Origin: Folioceros fuciformis
Taxonomy: Eukaryota
Direction: 5' to 3'
NCBI GenBank assembly: GCA_049999805.1
Contig: JBNGIO010006247.1
Span: forward strand, 154,817-200,497
Length of the DNA: 45,681 bases
A model generated the notes under the pieces. It was not told the DNA's origin. It saw only the letters and a list, made by a program, of their open reading frames with translations, and did not search any database. The position numbers were made by a program, and so were the translations under genes. This document shows positions 20,319 through 33,512 of this stretch, one piece after another; the stretch's first letter is position 1, and each line of letters begins with the position of its first letter.

Positions 20319-22834
20319 AGCGGACAGTGCCACAACAAGCAGCTGCGCTTGCAACAATGACCAGCAACTCGATGTCCTCAATCACATAATTTCTCAGCCA
20401 TTCTTGTCATCAAATGTCTGTCTCTGCGAGCTCTGCGATGTTGCATCATTGCATCCGATGTCCTAAAACCTAAACCCACGAGCATCTCTCGGGGATCAGA
20501 GCGCTGTGATTGCCAGCCCAGTCAGACACCCAGTTCCATCACACAACGGACCTCCCAATGCTCAGACCAGTGGCAGGCAAAGGAAAGGTTGCCACAAGGC
20601 TGGGAACACACGCAGCGTGAAATTCTTTCACCGGAAGAAACCAGTAAACCTATTCGTATGGGTCGAGGTCCAAAGACCTAATTTCAACTTGAACCGACTC
20701 ACTGCCAGTTCTCAAAATGCGAACAATTCCTGCTCGGACGAGATCATATGCTTTGCAAGGGATACACACAGGATACATCTGAATGCATTTGCACCCTGGA
20801 CCAGCTCGCGTTCTAATTTGGTGCTCTCATTTGCCACATGATTCAGGGCTCACAGCCGTAGTAGGATTGTATTCTTGTTCAGGGCGGAGGAAAAAAATTA
20901 AGGAACATGAGGCATTTGGTGAGTTCACGAGTCCACGGAAGGCTTGACACAAATGAGTAAGGCATGGAAACCAGTGTGTTTAGTATGGCTTCCTTCGTAG
21001 GATTGACCAATGGCTTGATTTGGTAGTTGCCATCGTCTTGAGTGCCATGGCAAGTCTTGCACCCGCAGGAATGGCCTTCCAAGATGTGGTCTGATCTGGT
21101 TTATGTACAGAAGGACCAATTTTGATGCATAGGTACAAGAAGAAGACGGAGGATTTGCTCATTGGAGAGTGTTCCCTCGAACATGTACCTCCTCCGCGTT
21201 CGTACGACGTTGGAAGTAATTGGTGAAGCCTTGGAGTGGTGTGATCCTCTTGAGAACCTCGATGATCCCCGCGTGGATTGTGTACTGGAAACCTGAATGA
21301 TTTGCTCCGACAACGCACGTATGTAAATTGTCTTTGTAACGGGAAATGAGAAATTCTCATTTTCCTCAGGTTACCAAGTCAGACACAGTTACTCGCAGGG
21401 TGGAGTTGGGAATGGCAATCCAAATGAGGAAGGCAGCCTCTGGCGATTCCAAATACGGGACGCAACTCCAGCTTGTGCAGAAACGGTGTAATACCACAGC
21501 ACGGAATGGACAGCTCCATTTTTGTTTTAGGTTTATGGGACTTAGGGTACGGACGCGCGAGGAGGAGATGCTTTTGAGCAGCTTGGGACCCGCTGCGGAT
21601 GAGGCTGCCGTCAAGCATCCAGCCCTCAGCGGTCGCCCACTCCGGGAGATTTATTCTTCACGATTGCAATTTTAGCCATGGAACCGTTGCGACAAAGTGG
21701 CCTCACATCTGAAAGGGGGGCCCGCGTCCCGAAGCTCGTGGCAGGCACACGAGTACGGGCCGCGTCATTCAGCATGATTGATTCATTGATTCATTGATGG
21801 GTAGTGGATACATGCGAGCACCCGAGTGTGCCTCAAGCACGGAAGTTGGGGAGAGCCGCAGGATTGGCACAGAATAGTGATTTTTTGTCACGAGTTCGGG
21901 CCCGCGAATTGGAGGCTACGAGCACCGTGGGAGCGAGGCGTTCAGCTCTTGCAAGGATTGGGTGTAGAATTGGCGCAGGGCTGGGAGCAGAGTGCGTGGC
22001 CAAGGAATTTTTGGCGGTGTGCAGGATTGTCGGAATGATTCTTTTCCTCTGCATTGCTGGAGGGAACAGGGCGTGGCTGCAATGTTGAACAGGATCGTAC
22101 GGAGTCGGATGCGCCCCTCTGGTGTCGGGATTGGCAAAGCTAAGAGCTGATTGAGCTCTGTCTTGGGCTAGTTTGGTCACAGCGAGCCGTGGGGAGGTGC
22201 GCCCGCATGTGTGATGGATGGCTGTTGCGTGACCCGCGCTCGGGTGAATAGCTCCTTGTTCTGGGCAATAATGGATCCGCGGGAATTCAATGCCTTTACG
22301 TCTCTTTCTGTTTCCGTCCAGAACCTGTTGGATGGCAAAGGACTTGCCTTTCGTCAGTTGCAGAATTCGAAATAATATTTGGGACTTCGTTGTGGCGATC
22401 GTGCGCTGAAGGCGTCAACAGGTATTCAACGTGAGTCTCGATGAGATGGTTGGTATTGTTGCTTGCAAATTGGGGTGCCATCTGAAGATATCCCTTCTGG
22501 AAGGTTAACCCGTGATACTACGGTTGCGTTGGATTTACTGGATTTTGTCGGTGTGTGAATCTGCTGAGCCAAATCTCTCTGATGTGTGGAAACATGATGA
22601 GGAGCGAAGTTTCTTGTAGACTATCAGGTATCATCTGATGTGGAGAGAGAGCTGCTTAAGGTTTTTTTAGAAGTAGTAGCTTCAGTACACGGATGTACTC
22701 GAGATTTTCAACAAGCTGTTCAGATGTTTCAGACGTTCCCAACGGAAGTATGGAAGAGTGCCTGTGGTTGATTTTTTTAGGCCTTTTGCTTGTTCTGACC
22801 TGCGTTCCTTCCTGTGCTCCGCCAGGTCCGCGAA

Positions 22835-25800
22835 ATGGCACAGCACTGCTTGTCAGGTGCCATCTCGTTGGGTTATAGCACTTCAGCAAGTTCTCAGATC
22901 GGGTCGTCAAAGACACACGCCAGAATGGCAGCCGTTTCTGTTGTGACTGACGCTACTCACCAGCAGACTCCTGTACCAGGAGCAAACGTTAGGAAATGGG
23001 CTTTTGGAGCTTTCCTCAGACCTGACATGTCTCGGTTCAAAGGTGCATCTCGGTTTCTTCCGTCTTTGCTTGCAGCGTCTCCTAGGAACGTGCCTTGGTT
23101 GCATCTGAAGGCATTCAGACCTGGACCGCCGCTGAAGGCTTTGAATGTTCGATCGAGTCGCTTACCATCGAAAAAGGTGAGACAAGAGGATGCCCCTTCT
23201 GGAGATGACATTCCGGCCGTGGAATTGGACTCGAACTCTGCTGAGATATCTGCCGTACCAAACACCAAAGTCTCTTCTGACACATCACACGAGAAAGTGG
23301 CAGCCGGATCACTTGATGGCATGAGTACAACGAAGGCAGCTACCAGAAAATCTGGGGTAGCGTCTCCATCTCCTTCTTCGCAGACCAAACAGTCGAATGA
23401 GCCAACCTCTCCAAGGAGGAGAAGCAGGAAAAGCCGACAGGATAATGGAGGGGCCACCCACGCTACTAAGATGTTCTACGTGAAGGATCATAAAGGGGAC
23501 ATTGACTACTTGGGAGAGAGCACCAAGGGTGATTTGAATGTGCGACACGATATGACAGACGCCCTCGGTAAGGATTTGCATTATGTACATGGATTGCTTT
23601 CATCATGTGTCTCTTGATGTTTACCTGATTTTGGGCTTTTTCCTTGCCTTGCAACCAGCATGTTATGGGCAAAATGTGCAGAGGACCACATGCCTGAATC
23701 TGTTGCTGCTGGAATAGTTTCCTTATTAGACCTGTTGTACAGGTGCATTTTTCACTCCTTCTGGCTCACAGCTCGGGTGGCCATTGTCCCTCAGAGGCAA
23801 GCAGCATCCCTGCTATCGATCCATCTCATTTGAGTTACCATCCCATAGTGCCCATGTGCACTACTGATCCTTCCTTCTACATACCTATTTGATCCTCAAC
23901 TATCTTTGTCTTCAGATTCTGAGGAAGCACGGACAACCTTTGGTGATCCAATTGAAGAAGTGGCAAGGGCTGAGGTCAAAGAAGCTGAAGCATTGCTGGA
24001 GGAGTTGGATATACGTGTTAAGTTCATAATTGCAATTGACTGCGAATTTTGTGTTGGTAATCTGTGCTCAGTGTGCCTTGTCATTTTGTTGCATGAATGA
24101 CTGATTTTTTCTTCTTCTCAACTTCTCAGATGCGATTTCCACAAGGCATTGCACCTCGAGGTATTTTCTGTAGCAGGACATTGAGTCTACGGTCCATTAC
24201 GACAATTGGCTATGACATGGATTACACGCTAATCCACTACAACGTTGCGGTGACTACTTTATTTCTTTTGTATCTGCATCCGCAAGTCACAATCACATTG
24301 TCCGCAACTTTAAACATCAATTGTACACTCAGCAGCCTTTGTTCTAAGTTGAGGGGCTGGTTCTTGTAGGCTTGGGAAGGGAGGGCATATGATTATGGCA
24401 TGGACAATCTGCGGAACATGGGCTACCCTGTGGATGGCCTTAAATTTGAGTCTGAATTGGTGAGATAGTACTAAGCCCGTCTCAAGTTGTTCCAGACATC
24501 CTCTTTGCTGCGAGTGTTTACTTTCTCTTGCACTTGTGTCCCCCTTGCAGGTCATCCGAGGGTTAGTAGTGGACAAAGAGAAAGGCAACTTGGTGAAGGC
24601 TGATCGATTTGGTTATGTGAAGAGGGCTATGCATGGCACTAAGATGCTTTCTAATCGAGCAATCAGGTCCACGTCCAAATCCAATTTCTTGTAGGAAGAC
24701 AGTTTTGGAGGGTAGGCATGTTTAACGAGTCATCTGTGCTTCAGTGAACTCTATGGGAGGGAGTTGGTGGACTTGAGAAATGAAGATCGATGGGTATTTT
24801 TGAACACACTATTCTCTGTCTCAGAAGCCGTCATGTACATGCAGGTATTGCAGCAACTCACGAGAGAACCAGTGATCAGCCAGTTGCGCTTCTTCTAATT
24901 TTCATTGTTGTGCTAATAGATGGTGGAACGTCTTGATGAGGGTGCCCTGCCCCCAGAGCTTGGCTCGCTGGACTATCAAGGCCTTTACAAGGTAAGTTCA
25001 GCCTCAGCTAAGTTCTCAACATGTCTTATGAAGCTAACTGCGTACACGAGCTTATTGCTCTATTGACGCGTTGTCAGGTTGTGGCGAGGGCATTATTCAG
25101 AGCCCATGTTGAGGGCAAGTTGAAGGCGAGTCTTCTTTGCCCCGTAGTCTTGTTCTGTCTGCATTTCCTGGCGGCTCAGACTTTTAACTTTCATGCCTTT
25201 GCAGGAAGAGATTATAAATGAGCCTGAACGCTTTGTCGAGCCTGATCCTGAACTACCTTTGACTTTGCTTGACCAAAAGGAAGTAAGTATGTGATGTCTC
25301 GTATTGCATACAACTGCACCTCGTATTATGTGCATCTTAAGTTGCTGCAGATTTGTACCATGTGCACGATAAGTTGACGTATATTTTTTGCCAGGCTGGC
25401 AAAAGGCTCATCTTAATAACAAACTCTGATTACCACTACACCAATAAGATGATGCAATTTGCGTTTAACCAATATTTGCCCGATGGGATGGACTGGCGAG
25501 CCCTGTTTGACATGGTATGTGATCAGGCTTCAGTCACCTGTGTGGTTGTCCATATTTGTGTTCCATGTATGATGTGTAAAGTGTCCCTATGTCGCAGGTG
25601 ATAGTCTCAGCCAGGAAACCTGAGTTTTTCCAAAGGTTTCATCCATTATACGAGGTGGTGACAGACGATGGTCTGATGCGGCTCTGTGATACAGCAAGCC
25701 CAGGTGAAGAAATTGCTCCGAGGTTGCTGAAAACCTCTGTTCGAAAATAGGTTGCATCGTCATCAAAGTCCTCATATTACAGGTGGTCGCAGGTGGTCTC

Positions 25801-27048
25801 TACTGTGGAGGGAGTGCGCAGATGGTCGAGAAAGCACTCGGGTTTCATGGTGATGAAACACTTTATGTTGGGGACCATATTTATACAGATGTCAGCCAAT
25901 CAAAACTGCATCTGCGATGGAGGACTGCTTTGATTTGTAGAGAACTTGAGAAGGAGGTTCGACACGCTCCCTTGTCTCATGCACCATCTACTCACACCAG
26001 AAGCAGTTGAGAACATAGGTACATGTGAGGAAGAACTGAAATGAAGGAAATTGTAACCTTGTTTCTGACCTCATTCTGGTTATCGCAGGTGGAAGCATTG
26101 GCACATGGTCGTGATAGTAGGGCCAAGCTAATTCAGCTGATGAATCAGAAGGAGGTAGTAGGTGATCTATTTAACCAGTTTCGGCTTGCTTTGCAACGTC
26201 GCACCCTTGGACACTCCGCCCAGGTCTTTCTTGGGGCCACCTTCCTTTCTTTATCAATACCATGTGAAAGTTTTCTTTCGGCACACGGCAAAGATTACCT
26301 GACCTGCTCATCTCGCAAGTTTTTTTTAACGCAGACAGTCCAGGCAACAGAAATGGACGAGCGAGAAATTGGTGAAAGTATGCAGAAGCTGCTTGTAATC
26401 ATGAGAAGGCTTGATCAAAAGATCGCTCCAATGTTAGAGGCTGATGGGAGCTTTTTCAATGAGAGGTGGGATAGGTGCCTTTTCCTGTTTGATACAACTT
26501 GTTTCTTCCTATTCAAGTGCCTGCCCAACGTAAGTCTCTTCACATGTACATCAGGTGGGGCTACTTGTCAAGGGCAGGGCTATGGGACAAGAGTCACCTC
26601 ACGAGACAAATAGAGAAGTAGGCGCCCTTTGGCCAGCCTTTGTCCGTTCCCTTTTCGTCCTCTAATGTATAGACATAGTTGACTGACAGTGGATCTTGGT
26701 TTTCGCCATGGCAGGTACGCAGATATTTACACGTCCAGGGTCTCAAACTTTTTGCGGTATACGCCATTCATGTATTTCCGCTCTCAGTCACAGGTATGTC
26801 GTTTTCAGTCCCTCTACGCTGCACACAATAATCTGTGGAAGCTGATACAATCTGTGGAGGATGCAATTGGTATGTTCCAGTTTCTCTTCCTTAGGCTGTG
26901 TTCGAAAGTATTGTCGGTGGTGCAGACTCTTGCTCATGACTGTCAAAACGGTCCTGAAACCCGGACATCTGAGCAACTACGACACTTTGCCTGCGGCTAT
27001 CAAGCTGACATGCCGCGTAATGGTGAGCCTAAGTCACAAGGCACTTGA
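22835..27048 (+). CDS. HAD-superfamily subfamily IG 5'-nucleotidase (cytosolic purine 5'-nucleotidase/NT5DC-like) with long N-terminal extension, probably plastid; multi-exon
   Basis: Exons encode [53 protein letters not shown] (HAD motif I, DxD), VIRGLVVDKEKGNLVKADRFGYVKRAMHG, LILITNSDYHYT, LYVGDHIYTDVSQSKLHLRWRTALI, YADIYTSRVSNFLRYTPFMYFRSQSQ and TLAHD. Confidence 0.92.
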
Positions 27049-27281
27049 GTGTGGAGCTTATGGATCACATGTAAAGCTGGGCCGCCAATGATCTATTGCT
27101 GCAGAGCGATTGTACTATAGTTGTACCAGTATTAATTTTCTTCTATACGATGCTGTTTGTGGCGTTGCAACTCAAGTGGTGTAATTGGCGTGCTACTTGT
27201 AAGGTTTGCTTTTGCCATCTTCCGTGGAATGGAGGATGAGAAAATTCGTTTTGTTCCGGAAACTTGTCACCTGAGAGGTCC

Positions 27282-29677
27282 TCAAGCTGTCCCTGCATTC
27301 GGAACATCGGCTGAGTGTCCGATAATGCCCCCGCCAAGATCCGGGAAAGTGTCTTGGCCGGGAAGAGGGTTACAGTTCCATCGTCTTCCACCTGGAGCGG
27401 ATATGTTAAAAGATGACTTCTCATGTCGACCACGGTGTCATCTGCGTAAACGGCCCAGTTATCATCGCCCATCTGCTTCATTCGTTGAGCGCATTCTAGA
27501 GTGTCAGGATCGGCGAAACAGGGCTCCAGAGCTCCGGTGTGCTCTGCCCAAAGCGACAGTCGGTATCCATAAACTTCGCCTTTAGGGTGACCTCCCTTCT
27601 TTCCCCAAGTGTAGGAGGGTTGGTATGCACCAATGGCAATCTCGGTATCGCGGTCCCCAGCCATAGATCGTTGATTTATATTGGCTGAACCCAGGATTAC
27701 AATTTCATCGTCAACAATCATTCCTTTAGAGTGGACAAATATGATGAACCGTCTAGACTTTAGAACAGTCTGGGTTGAGTTGGTTGGTGGTATACGCGGG
27801 CAGCGATCAGATGCAGACACAGTCTCACGGGTTCCCAGACAGAGGAACAGCAGGTAATCCTGAGGCTTGACCTTTTCATGCAGTTTTTTCGTCCGCAGAG
27901 ATTTAGCAATTATGGTGTACATCATCTTCATGGTCTGAGACTGGAAGAAGAGAATCTCCTGGACAACAGCTGGATGCATGTCCCTCCGGAAACATGGGCA
28001 TCACCACGTACACCATAAACCTCTCACCAGCTTTGATTTTGCCTGTTATCTTTAGCGCCAGTTCCATGGGAATCAGGTGATCTGCTTTATCTTTCCTGTA
28101 ATCTGGCCAATTGTAAGAAGACCCCACAAAGTATTGGTTCTCAATGTAGATGAAACGTTGAGCACGCCGAATAGCCTCCACATAAGCTAAATGGACGCTA
28201 TGATCTTTTTCCTGAAGGCCCCTGAAAGACGACATGCTGTCTTTCTGCTTCTTGAAAGTTATCAGGGAAGCATACGCAGGACCCTGAGTCGATAGATCTG
28301 AAAATCTGGGCGTGCCATGTTTCAGGATCATTGTCGGGAACAATATAGAGCTTGGTGTCGCCAATCACTGGAGAAGCCTTCACAGTCAAGCCCCACCACT
28401 GCTCGAAATTGGTCAAAACATCCTACGCTGCAGGGCCCTCAAGTTTGCAATGCAGGTCGTACCAAGGCTCTCTCGGACCGCCGTTTTCTTCCACATTGGG
28501 AAACATAGCTTGGTGATAGTCCCCCACGTGCACATTGTCCACGGTTCTGAACAGACTATGCTGTGGAGTGTTAAAACGCCCTCCACACAAGTCCAGGCCA
28601 CCCAGGAAGGCAACCAATTGGTGTGTCAGAGTTGGGTACAACAGCATCCACCAGCACAAAGTTCTGGTGGTGTGTGTACATGCCTGCCACGACCTTCTGC
28701 CGAAAGCAGCCTATCTTGGTATCTGTGGAACGAGTAGAGAGACGACACAAAACATTCGTGCCCTTGAAGAAGTTCATGGTTTCTTCGCCACGTGTGACCG
28801 TCACTCCTCCCCCTGTCACATTCTTGCTGTCATTCGAGGTTGTGTCGCGCCAAACTAGCAATTGCACCCGGACTCCTTGACTTTTCTGTGTCAAGAGCTC
28901 TCCTAAGGAAATTTGCTCTCCACCAGGAATGCTTGGGGAAGGTCGTGTCAACTTTAACTCGTGCCAAATCGACCAGTCGGCGATGAAAACAAGGTCCTTT
29001 GCCTTCAATAATGGATTGCTGATTTCTTCCCAACACCTTCCACGCTCAAAGTTCTGCCCCCGTTCAAGAGGAATGTCAGGCAGACCTGGCTCGACATGAG
29101 CATCCTGAAACAATCTCAGCCGGCAACCTTTCCTAAGAGGGAAGTAGACCCTGTGTATACCGTGGTACTCTGGACCTGCGCCAACACCTTTAGCAGATGG
29201 GACAGCAAGGAGATGGACCGACAGTCTCAGCTGAGCATCGTCATGCAAAAGTCGTCCTCCTGGCCCAAGAATGTCGAACCAGCCCTCCATCTTCCTGCCC
29301 AGTGATAGATCCTTAGCAGAAATATTCACACGTCCAATTGCTCCAGCTACTATGGAGACATCATCGCCTACTTTGAAAATCAGATCCTCGGCACGATGGG
29401 CTACAGGTATATAAAAGTGCTCATGCCAAACTGGATGCTCTTGATTATTCCTGACCTGAGTCCTTGCAAGTCTTGCACCAGCGAGAGCGACTGAAACATA
29501 AACATCACAGGAGCGGTACCCTGCTGACGTCGGTAAACAACTGCGACAGACATCGAGGCACTGCCGGCATCTCCCAGCTAGCTCATCCAAATCTGGAAGA
29601 CATTTTGCCTCAAGCACCCATACATCCAGTGTTCCATGCAGGAGCACAGAATCTTTTTGGTTGAGTATAGCTGCCAT
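27282..29677 (-). pseudogene. PLD: Intronless C2-domain phospholipase D with disabling lesions (probable processed pseudogene)
   Basis: C2 domain (LLHGTLDVWVLEAKCLPDLD), [61 protein letters not shown] and [29 protein letters not shown]. It carries four frame changes (~28620, ~28220, ~27980, ~27368), an in-frame TAG at 28423-28425, and a first HKD motif that reads HHQNFVLVD. Confidence 0.85.
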
Positions 29678-30095
29678 TTCAAGGACTACGGCTCCTGTAC
29701 CATGCCAGCAGAAGTTGCTCAGGGATTACATTTTCGTCCTCACTGCGTCGACAAAGATGTGTTCATCTTCCAAGTGCGAGAAACAGAAAACCACACCAGG
29801 AGTTCAACAAGCCAGGAAAAACCATCAGATAAGGGGTCACCCTATGTGAAACCTGATGGGTTTGCAACGACTGATCATGGGACAAGGCCTACGCACCAAA
29901 GAAGCTGGAATACTTCCAATAGTCATATCCAGTGTCAGGGAAATGCTTTCCTCAGGTTAGACATCAGTGATCATGTGGAACAAAACTTGGAGCAGAGTGC
30001 TGTGGCAAAGTCCAAAACCTTTAGAATTGGCCAGCGCGCTCATGATCCATCTACCAATCTTGTTAAAAGCAGTTCCCAGTTCCAGTCGAGAAAAG

Positions 30096-30818
30096 TCACT
30101 TAGGATTCCTCAACACGATTATGACAGAGTCACCGCGGAGAAACATCTTGCTTATGAACCTGTCTCTGTTTACGGGCTGTGCCTTCTTCTTGCCTTTACC
30201 TGTTTTGGGCACCTGCACCATGGGAAAGACAGCTCAGACACGCCACCACGCAAACCACAAAGATCGGCTCCAAGGAAATGTTAGAGTTCAACTTGCTCAC
30301 TTCAGTCCACATCTCCCTGACATTCTCGAGCACCATATTGCAGTGTCTGTCAAAGGCCTTCACTCTGCCCAGCAATTTTTTGTTGTTCCGACAGTTGATT
30401 AGGACCTGCGTGTGCCACAGATACAGAGTCAGTACCCTACAAAGCTCGGAACTTGGGAACCATCGCACTACCCACCTCAGATGCTCAACAATTGACCAGC
30501 ACAGCTTTCCGTTTGACACCTTCCCACCTGCGTATTATTCTTCACGCTCATCGTCAGCACGGAAAGGGGCCCCGTACTGAATTCCTGCTCCTCGGTCTTC
30601 TCCTGATAGCATCACGCCAAAGAGCCTCAGGAAAAACCAGCAGACATGTCCAGGGAAGAAGCATTATGAAAGACAAAACAAGCGAATATACCGTCTCTTC
30701 CTCCATAGGACGGGCGCCGCTGCGCCAAATGCCAAGACAGGGAAAGGTTAACAGGGCAGAGCGGAAACAGCATAACAGAATGCTCAGTACGATTTTCGCG
30801 GCCTTACGTCTGAACCAT
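30096..30818 (-). CDS. SMD2: Small nuclear ribonucleoprotein Sm D2 (5 short exons)
   Basis: Spliced product [111 protein letters not shown]. Confidence 0.95.
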
Positions 30819-31630
30819 GGCAACCCAACAACAGCACCGGCCGCAGCACAAGGAAAAAAGCCTGGATTCCAGAGGAATTGGCAATTAGAGCTACCAGCGC
30901 CACGCACAGCCACGCTGCCTCCTGTATTCAAGGTGCCCAGCGACCAGGCGGAATTGCCCCTCTCGCCCGCGACAAATTCAAACGAGTGATACCGTATGAC
31001 GGCGGTAGAAACACCCGAAGGAGACGAGTTAGGGTGCACACTGAAACTAACTCCGGTTACAACAGTCTTTTCGCCGTCCTCCCAGCAATCTCGTAATCCG
31101 CTGTGCCCCTCATCTGCTCGCAACGCTCCCAACGTCAAAATTGAAGCTCTTTCCATGGTCACTCAGATGTTGGCCTGTGTAGAGTGCAGGTTGTTGCTTC
31201 TTTTCTTGTCTCTGTCGTCACCCGAAAGGGTTTGTGGAGGCGGGTGGTCATCCAGAGTCTGCAATTCAGAGATCGACGGAGTTCGAAAAATTCGCGTGGA
31301 GCAAAGGGATGTGACTGCTGGCTTGAGGGTGGCATTCACACGCTCCTCGCAAGGTGCCACCATTGTGGACGACGTGTGTTTTGTATCGTTCATCAGCCGA
31401 GCACGATCCAGCACCGTTACGGTATTTCAAATGTTGGTCTTCGCTGTTTCGACAAAAGTTTGAGCTCGGTTGCGAATGCAGGCTCCCCTCCCCCAGATCC
31501 AGCTCGTCAGGTGGGAGCAGACCGTAGTATGCTAAATTGGTGGGCTCAGAGGTTGAATCAGAAGAATTGGTGAACAAGGTGAAGTCCGATGGCTACAGGT
31601 GTTTTCGCTTCCCTATCGGGAGAGAGGGGC

Positions 31631-31654
31631 AAAAAAAAAAAAAAAAAAAAAAAA
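31631..31654. repeat. Poly(A)24 tract, intergenic
   Basis: A run of 24 A's. Confidence 0.95.
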
Positions 31655-33512
31655 CTGGGGCCCTTACTGGCCCTCATTTTCAGTATGTTGTTGATCGAAA
31701 TTTGCGTGGCTGGATCGCTATTGCGGCAGCAGTACGCAGCGTTGACCTACCTCGATCGTGCGCTAGTCAGAGGTCAGCGCTTTGCCCCCCGTAGTTCTAT
31801 CCCAGACCTGTGCACAGAGTGCGTATGAGAATGCATCGGTTCCTTTAATTGTCCGTTGGTTCCACGCATGTCGACTGTGAGTAACCGATTGTTGGTTCCT
31901 TTGTTCAGGTTTCGTCTCATCAGACTTTGAGTTAATGCGAAATTCACTCATCTCTGCAGTAGTAGGCATTGGAGCCGACTGCGCTGCAGGACTGCAGCTC
32001 ATGCTTACTTGGACCCCCGAGTCCTTAATCACAGACATTGCTGTCACGCTCCTCGATATTGCTTTCTCCTACAACGCTTTTGGGTAACGTCTCCTGGAAG
32101 CTCATACTCTGTTGCACTTGAGATCGGCACAGGATCTCGAGGCTAATAATGCATGCTATGTAAAACCTGTCAGATATGCTTTGCACGGCCTGCACCACTT
32201 GGGTTCAGAGAGGGGCGGGTACAAACGCGACAAACGATTTGTAAGTAATGCTCTGGACTGAGCATGAAAATATATGTTGTTGCCTTAACTGCACCTGTTC
32301 ACAACATGCGTTTTCCTTGCGTTTCCAACTGTAGGTAGTCCTGGACGCGTTTGTGGTGATAACTTCCATCCTAAAGCTGCAGAAGCTGCTCTTGGTGCAC
32401 ACTCCTGTATTCGGAAAAATATACAATTGACGTCAGTTCACATTTTTCTACGTCCTCTAAATCTTGGGCTGATCATATGCAAAAGCTGTCCAGCCCTAGC
32501 AGCACTGCTACGCATAGGCTTCAATGCGACATGCTTTCGTTCTGGGAGACGAAGTTCAGCCAAGGAGATTCCCTCATGAGGCCGTCGACAATCAGATTTC
32601 ACCCAGCGGTATAACTGTGTGCATTACATCAATTCTTCGTGGCCATCTTATCTCTGCTACGTCTACAATAGCAGTCCTTGTGTATCATAGGAGCCAACGT
32701 GTATGAATACGACCGTGATCTGATTTCCAGCGGAAAACTTGTACCAACCGTCTCCAAGATCCTTGGCTCCAACGATAAGAACTTCGGCTAGCGCGTTCGA
32801 CCATCCATACGAATCGCAATGGCCGAGTCCATGCATCCGAAGTTGCTCGTAGCGGCAGTCTGTAGTCCTCTTTGCCTGCATATCATGTACTCGTAAGTAC
32901 ACACTGTAAAACAGTAAGCATTACACAAACTGTATATTAAACGATGCAGACGGTGATATGCAAGATCCACGAAGGACATGTATTGGCATTCTAAGGCTCC
33001 ACCGACCACCACACGCTTATACAGGTGATGCTATCGAGTGGACCTCTGCTGCTATATCTCGACGCTACAGTGAGGGTCGGACACAATTACCACACTGCCT
33101 TGCACCATATTTCCCTCAACGAGGGCATCTTACTAGAGGAAAGAAGGGGGAGTGCCAACAACCGTACGGGTAGTGAAAACTACACACCGCAACTGGGATG
33201 TCTCACATCCGAGCATGGTCCCAGGCATGCTTCAGGAGGTCGGACATTCGAGAGCCCGGCGCATCGCCTTCACCTATGCATCAAATTCCGAGCGTCAGGC
33301 ATCGAGTTGCCAAAACGAGACAGGATTTGTGCGCCCCTCTCCACAGTTCCGTTCGTGGATATTTCATGGCAGTTTTCCACGGTGGTACACGCCTTTCTGG
33401 CACTCTGTTCACCAATGTGAAATTCTACATGCGTGACGTCAATTGCCTCCCGAGCAGGCTTTCAACTACAGATGACCATAAATTTGCCTGCGGGGGAAAG
33501 CCGCACGACGAT

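Noticed and set aside
28423-28425. PLD TAG stop as a site repaired by U-to-C editing
   Set aside because: The gene is nuclear, editing would give Gln rather than the expected Tyr, and frameshifts disable the gene anyway.
30554-31463. Minus-strand ORFs 31163-31414 and 30554-31162, in frame across one TGA
   Set aside because: No recognisable homology, and the second runs through the Sm D2 promoter and introns, so it is probably chance.
32200-33450. Short ORFs downstream of INTS1
   Set aside because: No transposase, RT or other recognisable motifs; cannot be supported as genes or mobile elements.
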